Origin: a virus
Taxonomy: Duplodnaviria; Caudoviricetes
Length of the DNA stretch: 43,307 nt
Strand: one strand, 5' to 3'
Virus record (IMG/VR): IMGVR_UViG_3300016484_001134
Location: 1 to 43,307 of that record
The notes under the pieces were generated by a model. The model ran no database searches and was not told where the DNA came from. It saw nothing but the letters and a program-made list of their open reading frames with translations. Made by a program: the position numbers and the translations under genes. Below, in pieces: positions 33,982-41,462 of this stretch (position 1 is the stretch's first letter; each line of letters begins with the position of its first letter).

Positions 33982-34482
33982 ATGAAAAGCATCTTGCTAT
34001 TCAGCGCCGGCAAGGATTCCGCGGCTTGCTTGTGGTTGCTCCAGCCAGTCTGGGACGACCTCGAAGTGGTCTGGGTCAACCCCGGCGAACCGCATCCGCT
34101 GACCTCCGACTACATGGCGGGCATTGCCAAGCTCGTGCCGCACTTCCGCGAGGTGCGAGGGCAGCTGCAACGCCAGGCCGATCACTTCCAGTGCTGCGGG
34201 GCAAACCTCTGGCCGCTGATCTATCAAACCGTCTTCGACGGGGAGGTGGAAAACGCAGTCTCTGGGGTTAAGAAGTGCGATCGCTTGCGCTCCCCGCTGC
34301 ACCGCCCAGGCTTCGAACACGCCGGCGTGAGGCACCACTTTCCTGTGTGGGACTGGTCGGATGAGCAGGTGCTCGCCTTCCTGGGCCCCGATCGCATCCC
34401 CCCGAGCTACCAGCTCGGCCACAAAACCAGCCTAGATTGCGTGAACTGCCACGCTTGGGAGAACGCCCATGTGGGGATTTGA
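33982..34482 (+). CDS. PAPS reductase-like PP-loop protein (short)
   Basis: LLFSAGKDS PP-loop, VWVNPG, FPVWDWSDEQV, SLDCVNC. Confidence 0.7.
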   Translation: MKSILLFSAGKDSAACLWLLQPVWDDLEVVWVNPGEPHPLTSDYMAGIAKLVPHFREVRGQLQRQADHFQCCGANLWPLIYQTVFDGEVENAVSGVKKCDRLRSPLHRPGFEHAGVRHHFPVWDWSDEQVLAFLGPDRIPPSYQLGHKTSLDCVNCHAWENAHVGI

Positions 34483-35794
34483 CAGCACTGGCCAGCAAGA
34501 CGTCTTCGCGCAGCAGGAGGCCCTTGCCCGCCGGCAGAAGATTGCCGAGGCGATGTTCCAGGCCCAGATGCAACAGCAAGCTCCGAGCGGCAATGCTGGA
34601 TGGCTGAGTGTGCTTGCAAAGGCTCTCGGCGGGTACATGTACGGCCGGCAGGAACAGGACAATGCCAAGCAGCAGACGGAACTGCGCGGCCAGTACTCCG
34701 AGGGCTTGCAGCAGGAAATGCAGCGCTACCTGGCCCAGCGGGACGGGGGGATGATGCAGCCTCCTGGCCCGCCGACGGAGGAAGGTCAGTACCCCTCCCC
34801 GATCCAGCAAAAAGGCAACCCCCGCGAGGCAATTGTCACTGCCATGGCGTCGCGCTATCCCGAAATGCAGAACATCGGGAAGATGGACTTCCAGGGCCTG
34901 TCCAAGCAATCCCTCACGCCGAAGGACATCCTGTCCCTCAACGGCTTCGACCCGAAGTCTCGCGTTGCTGCGGCCATGGCCGGCGGGGATATCAGCCAAC
35001 TCACCCCCGAGGGCAAGGAACACGTCGTCGACGGCAGAATCATCAAGACCGGCGCGAGCGACAAGCCTGTTGTCGTCGGCGACTACCGCACGAAGTGGGG
35101 GCCGAACCAAGTCGTCAACGGCGAGGTCGTGCAGTACGACGAGACTGGCAAGGCGCATCAGGTTGCAAACCGCCCGCCTTCGATCAGCGTCTCCAACACC
35201 CCCATCTTGCATGGGCAGAAAGCCGGCTATGACGAGGCCTTCAAGCGCGGGGCTGCCCGCGTGGACGAACTTGGCAAGACGGCACAAGCCTCCGTGCAGT
35301 TGGTCGGCACCCTTGACCAACTCCAGCGCCTGGACAAGGGCGGGGTGTTCAACGGCCCGACTTCTAGTGCCGCTGCCTGGCTCGGGAACCTCGCGGCCGC
35401 TTCTGGAATGAAAATCGACACGAACCAGATCGCCAACACCGACGCCTACAACAGCATCGCAAAGGAAGCTGTGCAACAGCTGATCGGCCAGTACGGCGGC
35501 AATCGCGGGGTGACGAAGGAAGAAGCCGCGCAGATCCAAGCTGTCATCCCGCAGCTGTCGACGAACCCGCAGTCCCGCGCTACCCTAACCGCGATCCTGA
35601 AAAACGTCGCGCAGCGGAAGGTGCAGGAGTTCAACACCGCGCAGACTGCCTACAAGCAGGCCCTAACGGAGCAGGACCCTTCCCGGCTGGACTTCGGCCC
35701 GGTGAACCTGCCGGACCAAACCCCTGTCACACCAGTTCCGGCCAACCCCGCTGCCGGCCGTGTGATGTCGCTTGATGAATGGTTGAGGAAGTAA
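34469..35794 (+). CDS. Internal virion / ejection protein
   Basis: Helical A/Q-rich 441 aa within the ejection cluster. Confidence 0.6.
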   Translation: MWGFDSTGQQDVFAQQEALARRQKIAEAMFQAQMQQQAPSGNAGWLSVLAKALGGYMYGRQEQDNAKQQTELRGQYSEGLQQEMQRYLAQRDGGMMQPPGPPTEEGQYPSPIQQKGNPREAIVTAMASRYPEMQNIGKMDFQGLSKQSLTPKDILSLNGFDPKSRVAAAMAGGDISQLTPEGKEHVVDGRIIKTGASDKPVVVGDYRTKWGPNQVVNGEVVQYDETGKAHQVANRPPSISVSNTPILHGQKAGYDEAFKRGAARVDELGKTAQASVQLVGTLDQLQRLDKGGVFNGPTSSAAAWLGNLAAASGMKIDTNQIANTDAYNSIAKEAVQQLIGQYGGNRGVTKEEAAQIQAVIPQLSTNPQSRATLTAILKNVAQRKVQEFNTAQTAYKQALTEQDPSRLDFGPVNLPDQTPVTPVPANPAAGRVMSLDEWLRK

Positions 35795-37821
35795 TGGCAC
35801 AAGTGACGATGCCAGACGGCAGCCTCGTGGAGCTGCCCGACAACCCAACACCCGAGCAGAAAGCTGCGGTGCAGGCGAAGCTCGCCCAGATGCAGCAGCC
35901 TGCCAAGCCGCGAGGCGCTGTCGACCAGACCCTGTCGTTTGTCAAATCCGTGTGGGATGACGCAGCGCGTGGGCTGGGCAAGACTGTCGTCGGGATTCCG
36001 GAAACCCTCCTGAACGCTCGTCGGGCAACACTTGCAGCTGTACGCGGGGAAGAGCCGGAATTCGACTGGGCCTGGACGAACCGCGTGGAGAAGGATATTC
36101 CGACTCCGCAAGGTGATCCGGCCTGGCGCAAGGTCATGCGGACGGGGGCGGAAGCGGTCGGTGGTAACTTGATCATGCCCGGCGGGGGGACTGCAGCCGG
36201 TGCAGCAAGTGCCTTCGGGGGTGGTGCCGGCGCGGAAGTGGCCTCCAATCTCCTTGGGGACAACTACGCCTCCCGGCTTCTTGGTGGGCTGGTTGGCGCC
36301 TTTGGTGCGAATTGGGGTGCTGGGAAGGTCGCCGCCATGCGCCCTCAATCCCAAGCCCTTGCCAGGGAAGCCCTGGAAGGAATCTCCGACCAGCAGCTCT
36401 CCGCCGCGCAGAAGTTCCAAGCCGACGCAGCAAAGCGCGGTGTGACGTTGGACCTGGCGCAGGCCCTGGAAGGCATCGGCGTGCCGGCAAGCAACCTGAC
36501 CACCATCCGCAACGTGCTGGCGAACAAAAAGCAAGGGGAGAACGTGCAACAGACCTTGCGCAACCAGCCGGGGGAGTTGGAGCTGCTGGCGAAGTCGCAG
36601 GTCGATCAGCTGCCGGGCACGAACTATGGGGAAGCGCAGGCCGCGAACAACCTCGCCGAAACCGCGACAGCACGTGTCAACCAAGTCAAGGCCGATCGGT
36701 CAGCGGCTGTTCGCCCGCTGTACCAACAAGCTGGTAATCTTTCCCCGGCCGTTCGTAAGGCTGTTGCGGATGAGATTAGCAACGCCTTGACTCAACCGGG
36801 AGTTACCGAGGCCGCCGCTACCTCCATGAAGCAGGCTTTGAGTAAGCTCAAGGCTTCCCCCGGCACTGGAGCTCCGACCACGCATGCGTTGGATTATGAC
36901 ACCTTGATCGGTGATCTGATCGGCCCGTACAAGGGCACTCCGATGTCACCGGCAGACCCAAAGACGCTCGGCCAACTTCAGGCACTTGGCGGCAAGCTGA
37001 ACGGTATTCTCAAGCAATCGAGTCCCGAACTCGTCCAAGCCGAAGCCCGCTACGCCCAGCTTAGCCGGGACGTCGTCGACCCACTCAAGCAAGGCCCTGT
37101 CGGCCAGCTCGCAACCCCTCGCGGGTACAAGCCTGATACCCAAGCTTCCATCGCGAAGATGCAGCAGCTCTTCGCCAACGGCGTCGACCCGCAATCCACC
37201 AACTCCCCCATCCTGACCGCCGCAAAAGAACTCTCCAAAGTCGACAAGGCTGCCTTCGCTGACGCGGCCAAGGCCTACTATTCCTCCAAGGTCGCTCAGG
37301 CCTTCGAACCCACCGCCGGCAACACTGTCGCCACCAACGCCGATGCCGCTGAGCGCCTCTACTCCACCCTCTTCAAGGACCAGAAGCAATGGCAGGGCAT
37401 GCGGGACACGGCCGCAGGTATCGCCGATACTTACGGACTCTCAAGGGCGGACGTGGTCCGCGGGCTGGAAAACTTCATGCAGATCGTCAAGGCGGCGAGA
37501 TCTCGGCCGCAGACGACTGGTGGGCTGAGCTTCGACGACACGGTGCAGATGGCGGGGAAATCCCAACTCGCGAATTCTGCCCGAGTCTTCGGCTTCTTGC
37601 CTTTTGAGCGCCTGGCCCGTGGGATTGAAGATGCCGCGATGGGGAAGACTTTCAGCGAGTTCGACAGGCTGTTGACAAGCCCGGAAGGTGCGGCTACGCT
37701 TGCGAAGCTCGGGCGGGTCCCGGTGATTAGCCCCCAGGCACGGGCCTTGATCGCCGGCTTCTCGGGGAGTCAGGCAGGACAGAGCGAAGCGGGTGGGCAG
37801 GAAACCCGCACGGATTATTAA
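35794..37821 (+). CDS. Large internal virion / ejection protein
   Basis: MAQVTMPDGS..ELPD start, Gly/Ala hydrophobic hairpin, 675 aa; TAATG coupling. Confidence 0.65.
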   Translation: MAQVTMPDGSLVELPDNPTPEQKAAVQAKLAQMQQPAKPRGAVDQTLSFVKSVWDDAARGLGKTVVGIPETLLNARRATLAAVRGEEPEFDWAWTNRVEKDIPTPQGDPAWRKVMRTGAEAVGGNLIMPGGGTAAGAASAFGGGAGAEVASNLLGDNYASRLLGGLVGAFGANWGAGKVAAMRPQSQALAREALEGISDQQLSAAQKFQADAAKRGVTLDLAQALEGIGVPASNLTTIRNVLANKKQGENVQQTLRNQPGELELLAKSQVDQLPGTNYGEAQAANNLAETATARVNQVKADRSAAVRPLYQQAGNLSPAVRKAVADEISNALTQPGVTEAAATSMKQALSKLKASPGTGAPTTHALDYDTLIGDLIGPYKGTPMSPADPKTLGQLQALGGKLNGILKQSSPELVQAEARYAQLSRDVVDPLKQGPVGQLATPRGYKPDTQASIAKMQQLFANGVDPQSTNSPILTAAKELSKVDKAAFADAAKAYYSSKVAQAFEPTAGNTVATNADAAERLYSTLFKDQKQWQGMRDTAAGIADTYGLSRADVVRGLENFMQIVKAARSRPQTTGGLSFDDTVQMAGKSQLANSARVFGFLPFERLARGIEDAAMGKTFSEFDRLLTSPEGAATLAKLGRVPVISPQARALIAGFSGSQAGQSEAGGQETRTDY

Positions 37822-37842
37822 CGCATAATACGGACGGGTTTC
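37801..37842. promoter_or_regulatory. 42-bp palindromic element copy 6, spanning the ejection gene stop and ending 3 nt before the tail fibre ATG
   Basis: GAAACC cgca CGGATTA ttaacgca TAATACG gacg GGTTTC. Confidence 0.75.
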
Positions 37843-37845
37843 ACC

Positions 37846-38310
37846 ATGGCTTACAACGGCTTCGGCACCTTCAATCCCCTGGCCTCCCCCAACTACCCGG
37901 CAGTTGCCGGCGAGGTCATCTACGCAGCCCGCTTCAACGCTGTCATCAACGACATCCTGACGGGGCTGAGCAACTGCGTCACTCGCGACGGTCAGGGGAA
38001 GTTCGCCACGGACGTCGAGCTGCAATCTCTCTACAAGCTCAAACACTCGGCAGTGGCGACGGAGGCCGGGGACGCCCTGATCTATGGGCAGTCTTCCGCC
38101 AACTTGACCAGCCTCACGCTCGGCACAGCGCTGGGGACGTGGGCATTTTCCGCGTCTCCAACAGTCCCCACTGGCGTCGACCGTACAGGAGGCAGCTCCG
38201 CCGCGAGCCAGCAATACGTCGAAGTCGCCGTCGCCCGCGGCATTTCCGAAGCCCCCCTCGTCACAACCAGTCTCGACTGCCTTGCAATTTTGACCTTCAT
38301 CGGAGCCTGA
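37846..38310 (+). CDS. Short tail-fibre anchor/adaptor protein
   Basis: MAYNG.GTF...FNAVINDILTGLSNCVTRDGQ resembles podovirus fibre N-termini; only 154 aa. Confidence 0.65.
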   Translation: MAYNGFGTFNPLASPNYPAVAGEVIYAARFNAVINDILTGLSNCVTRDGQGKFATDVELQSLYKLKHSAVATEAGDALIYGQSSANLTSLTLGTALGTWAFSASPTVPTGVDRTGGSSAASQQYVEVAVARGISEAPLVTTSLDCLAILTFIGA

Positions 38311-38311
38311 C

Positions 38312-39004
38312 ATGACTCAACCGATCTACGCCGATACCCCAGCGGCTTTCATCTGCCCGAAGCCGACAACCTTCACCGTCACCTATGGCACGCGGGCGAA
38401 GGTGCTCGTGGACCAGTACGCCAACGCCAACGCCTCAGGCAGCCTGCCCAGCTACTACGGCGGGTGTACGGTGCTGGACCTGGTCGCTTCCTCGACCGAC
38501 GCGTCGAACAGGGACCTCGAGATCTACGTCGCGACGGTGCTGTATACGACGGGGTCTTCTGACAGCATCGCAATCAACGGGACGAACATCACCCGCACCA
38601 CAGGTTCCTTCCTCACCGACGGCTTCCGTGTCGGGGACCTGTTCATGGCCTTTGCCGCTGACAACGTTAGCCGCAATGGGGACGATGGCATCCTGGGCAT
38701 CATCACCGCCGTTGCGGCATTGCAGCTGGACTTCAACGGCACGCCTTACTCCAACGTCGGGGAGCACTTCAACAACGGCACGCGGCTCTGCACGGTTGGG
38801 CTGCGCCTTCGTGCTCCGATTGCGGCGAACAGCGGCAATGGCACCATCCCGAATGTCAGCTTGCTCAACAACGCCATGGACACGGCGCAGTGCCGATTTG
38901 AGCAGAAGCTCGGGGCGAATAACCTGCTCATCGGCCGCATGCCAGTGGCGGTCGGTGCGCTGCCTGCCACTGTCACGGTCGTCCCGACGCTCGCCCGTTA
39001 CTAA
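38312..39004 (+). CDS. Putative tail-associated protein
   Basis: Beta-rich 230 aa between fibre genes; GGAG RBS. Confidence 0.55.
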   Translation: MTQPIYADTPAAFICPKPTTFTVTYGTRAKVLVDQYANANASGSLPSYYGGCTVLDLVASSTDASNRDLEIYVATVLYTTGSSDSIAINGTNITRTTGSFLTDGFRVGDLFMAFAADNVSRNGDDGILGIITAVAALQLDFNGTPYSNVGEHFNNGTRLCTVGLRLRAPIAANSGNGTIPNVSLLNNAMDTAQCRFEQKLGANNLLIGRMPVAVGALPATVTVVPTLARY

Positions 39005-39015
39005 GGAGCCTCGAC

Positions 39016-39735
39016 ATGGGAGTGCTTGACACACTGCTGCCGAATCAGATCAAAGCCGCGCCAGGGAAGCCTGTGCGGACGTTGGAGCTGACAGGCAGCG
39101 GAACCTACTATCCGATTCGGCCGCGGAGCTGGCACAAGGTTACTCTGCTGGGGGCGGGGGCGGGCGGCGCGAGGTCCGACAACGTCGCCAACACAACAGG
39201 CGGGGGAGGTGGCGGAGCCGGCCAGCGAGTGCAGTACTGGGTCCGGCTGGATTCCTCGGTCACCTTCGTCGTCGGGACGAAGGGCAATGGGGCTACCGCC
39301 AACAATACTGACGGAGCCGATGGAGGCTTCACCCGCTTCGGATCGATGTTTGCCGCCGGCGGGAAAAAGGGGCTGGCGAACGGCAACGCCGGTGCGGGAG
39401 GCGGTTCAGCTAGTTACGCCGGTGACCAAACCGCTGGCGGTAGCGGCGGAGCTGTGGCCTCGGCGGGGCGCCCTCCGGGGTTCTCCGGCGTCGAGACGGG
39501 CCAGGGAGCCGCTGGGACCGGAGCAAAAGCTGGAGGCGGTGGCGGCGATTCCCTCATGGGGGCGGGCGGCAACGGTGGCAACGATGGCGTCGCGGGCACG
39601 GGCACAGCGGGAGCGAACGGCTCCGGGTACGGGTCCGGGGGCGGCGGTGGAGGCGCTGGGGCAACGGCCACAGGCAACGGCGGCAATGGCACGGACGGCC
39701 GCATTTTGATTGAGGAATACGGCGACCTGTCATGA
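39016..39735 (+). CDS. Glycine-rich tail fibre-associated protein
   Basis: VTLLGAGAGG...GGGGGAG...VVG.KG.G...GYGSGGGG...GTDGRILIEEY (polyglycine-rich domain). Confidence 0.75.
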   Translation: MGVLDTLLPNQIKAAPGKPVRTLELTGSGTYYPIRPRSWHKVTLLGAGAGGARSDNVANTTGGGGGGAGQRVQYWVRLDSSVTFVVGTKGNGATANNTDGADGGFTRFGSMFAAGGKKGLANGNAGAGGGSASYAGDQTAGGSGGAVASAGRPPGFSGVETGQGAAGTGAKAGGGGGDSLMGAGGNGGNDGVAGTGTAGANGSGYGSGGGGGGAGATATGNGGNGTDGRILIEEYGDLS

Positions 39736-39959
39736 GCGAACATCCCACCCACCCCTTGGTCGACATGCTGACGTCAAAAGTTGGAATCGCGTTTCTCTGG
39801 ACCGGCAACGCCATCGCCGCGATTTTCAGCTATGCTTCGCAGATCGCCCTGATCCTCACCATCATCGCGACGATTGCCAACTTGTTCTTCACCTTCCGGG
39901 ACAAGTGGTGGCGGGATCCGTATCGGAAGGCAAGGCGCGCCCGTCGTCGCCGTCGCTAG
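39732..39959 (+). CDS. Putative holin
   Basis: 75 aa, hydrophobic core, very basic C-terminus (RKARRARRRR). Confidence 0.6.
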   Translation: MSEHPTHPLVDMLTSKVGIAFLWTGNAIAAIFSYASQIALILTIIATIANLFFTFRDKWWRDPYRKARRARRRRR

Positions 39960-39967
39960 GAGACTTC

Positions 39968-40231
39968 ATGAAACATTCCCTGTTAGCCCTTTTGGCGGTG
40001 GCCCTGACCGGCTGCAGCACCCTCAACAGCTATGGTGTTGGAGGAGAGCCCAGGATCGCTTGCTACACGCGGGACAACACAGCCATTCTTGACGACCACG
40101 TCGTCGGGTCGGATTCGGTGCATGCATCAGTTGTCCGCCGGATCACGGACGCCGATGCGCTTTGCAAGAAGGAACTCCCGCCGAAGCAGGAGCCTGCGCC
40201 GAAACCGAAGGAGCCGATCTTGTACGGATAG
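39968..40231 (+). CDS. Lipoprotein (o-spanin/Rz1-like or exclusion lipoprotein)
   Basis: MKHSLLALLAVALTGC lipobox; Pro-rich C-terminus; GGAGA RBS. Confidence 0.65.
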   Translation: MKHSLLALLAVALTGCSTLNSYGVGGEPRIACYTRDNTAILDDHVVGSDSVHASVVRRITDADALCKKELPPKQEPAPKPKEPILYG

Positions 40232-40232
40232 G

Positions 40233-41462
40233 CTAAGCTGGGCGAGCGCCGCCGTTTGTAGCGGATGGCAATGGCACCCCGGGCAGGAGGATCATGTCAT
40301 CCCCCTGCCCTTTGTACTTGATGTACCCCGCGCGGATACTGCCGGCAAGGACGTCTTCGAAGTCCCGCATGGACGGGAAGAAGGTATGCACGTGGCGGTA
40401 AGCTTCGCGGTAGGTCGAGCCTTCGGGGTGGGAGTGGACGAAGGTCACAAGGCGCTCGACGTAGAGGGAAATGTCAGTCCGCCCAATCTTGTTGAACACG
40501 AACTGCATGTCGGGCTCCAGATCACTGAGCATCATGTCGGCAATGGACAGGTGCTCGTCGGTGATCTGCATGGTGTCGCCGCTGGACGCAGCTAGGACCA
40601 TCGCGAGCTTGTGCATGTGGGTCTGCTTGCGGGCGATGTAGCCCCCGAAACGGTCCTTGTCGAGGTTGAGCGGGGGGTGCTTATACCAGCGTTCGTACCA
40701 AGCGATGCCCCATTCGAAGGCGGCTGGGGTTAGGGTGTAGGGTCCGACGAGAGTGCTGGAAATGTGGGCCAGGTCTTCAACGAGTTTGGTCTCTGTCGCG
40801 GCGAGGTCAGGGGGGACGACCAGGGACAGATATGGGACATACTTCTGCTTCTGGTCGGCGTAGACGAAGATCGTACGGGAGGTGAAGCCCCCGCCGATCA
40901 TGTATTCTGGGAAGTTTTGAGCAATCCAGCTCGGGGTGGTGCAGGCGATGAGGTTGATCCAGGGATTCTCAATGACATCGTTGCCTGAGTGCTTGGTTTC
41001 CTTCTTGAACGTCCCCTGCTTGCCGTCCCAGAGATTGACCATCAAGTCGACCATGTCCTTGTCCTGGGGGTTTAGCAGGTTGCCGAACTCCGACGAGACA
41101 AGGGTCATCGCCGACATCGGGTAGAACGCGCCTTCGTAGTCGAACCCCTCCGTGATCGCGGCAAAGGCGCTCACCAGCGCCGGCCAGGTCACGACATCCG
41201 GGCCGAAGTGCACGCCGGGGACCCGCTTGAGCAGGTTGAGTGCGATGTCGGCGGTGGTGGACTTGGACACGATGCCGGGCGGGGCTACCAGGCAAATGTA
41301 GAAGTTCGGGTACCACTTGAAGTAGACCTGGTCCACCCACACCTTCCGGCGGAGGGCCCCGGCCACAGCCGACACCCCCGACCAAAAGTGCATATGGCGT
41401 GGGGCCTCGGTGTACTGGGAGTACTCCATGAACGCCGTGAGCCAGTCGGCGAAGTGTCTCAC
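40233..41462 (-). CDS. DUF3987/YfjI-like P-loop NTPase (putative replicative helicase)
   Basis: PNFYICLVAPPGIVSKST degenerate Walker A, SSEFG, LWDG, GGFTSR; GTGA-coupled to the polymerase stop. Confidence 0.7.
   Translation of the reverse strand: MRHFADWLTAFMEYSQYTEAPRHMHFWSGVSAVAGALRRKVWVDQVYFKWYPNFYICLVAPPGIVSKSTTADIALNLLKRVPGVHFGPDVVTWPALVSAFAAITEGFDYEGAFYPMSAMTLVSSEFGNLLNPQDKDMVDLMVNLWDGKQGTFKKETKHSGNDVIENPWINLIACTTPSWIAQNFPEYMIGGGFTSRTIFVYADQKQKYVPYLSLVVPPDLAATETKLVEDLAHISSTLVGPYTLTPAAFEWGIAWYERWYKHPPLNLDKDRFGGYIARKQTHMHKLAMVLAASSGDTMQITDEHLSIADMMLSDLEPDMQFVFNKIGRTDISLYVERLVTFVHSHPEGSTYREAYRHVHTFFPSMRDFEDVLAGSIRAGYIKYKGQGDDMILLPGVPLPSATNGGARPA

Noticed and set aside
36890-36911. Additional partial palindrome matches within genes (e.g. 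TGGATTA-N8-TGATCGG)
   Set aside because: Too many mismatches and the outer boxes are missing, so they were not counted.
37846-39735. Diversity-generating retroelement or invertible tail-fibre cassette
   Set aside because: No reverse transcriptase, template/variable repeat pair or invertase was seen.
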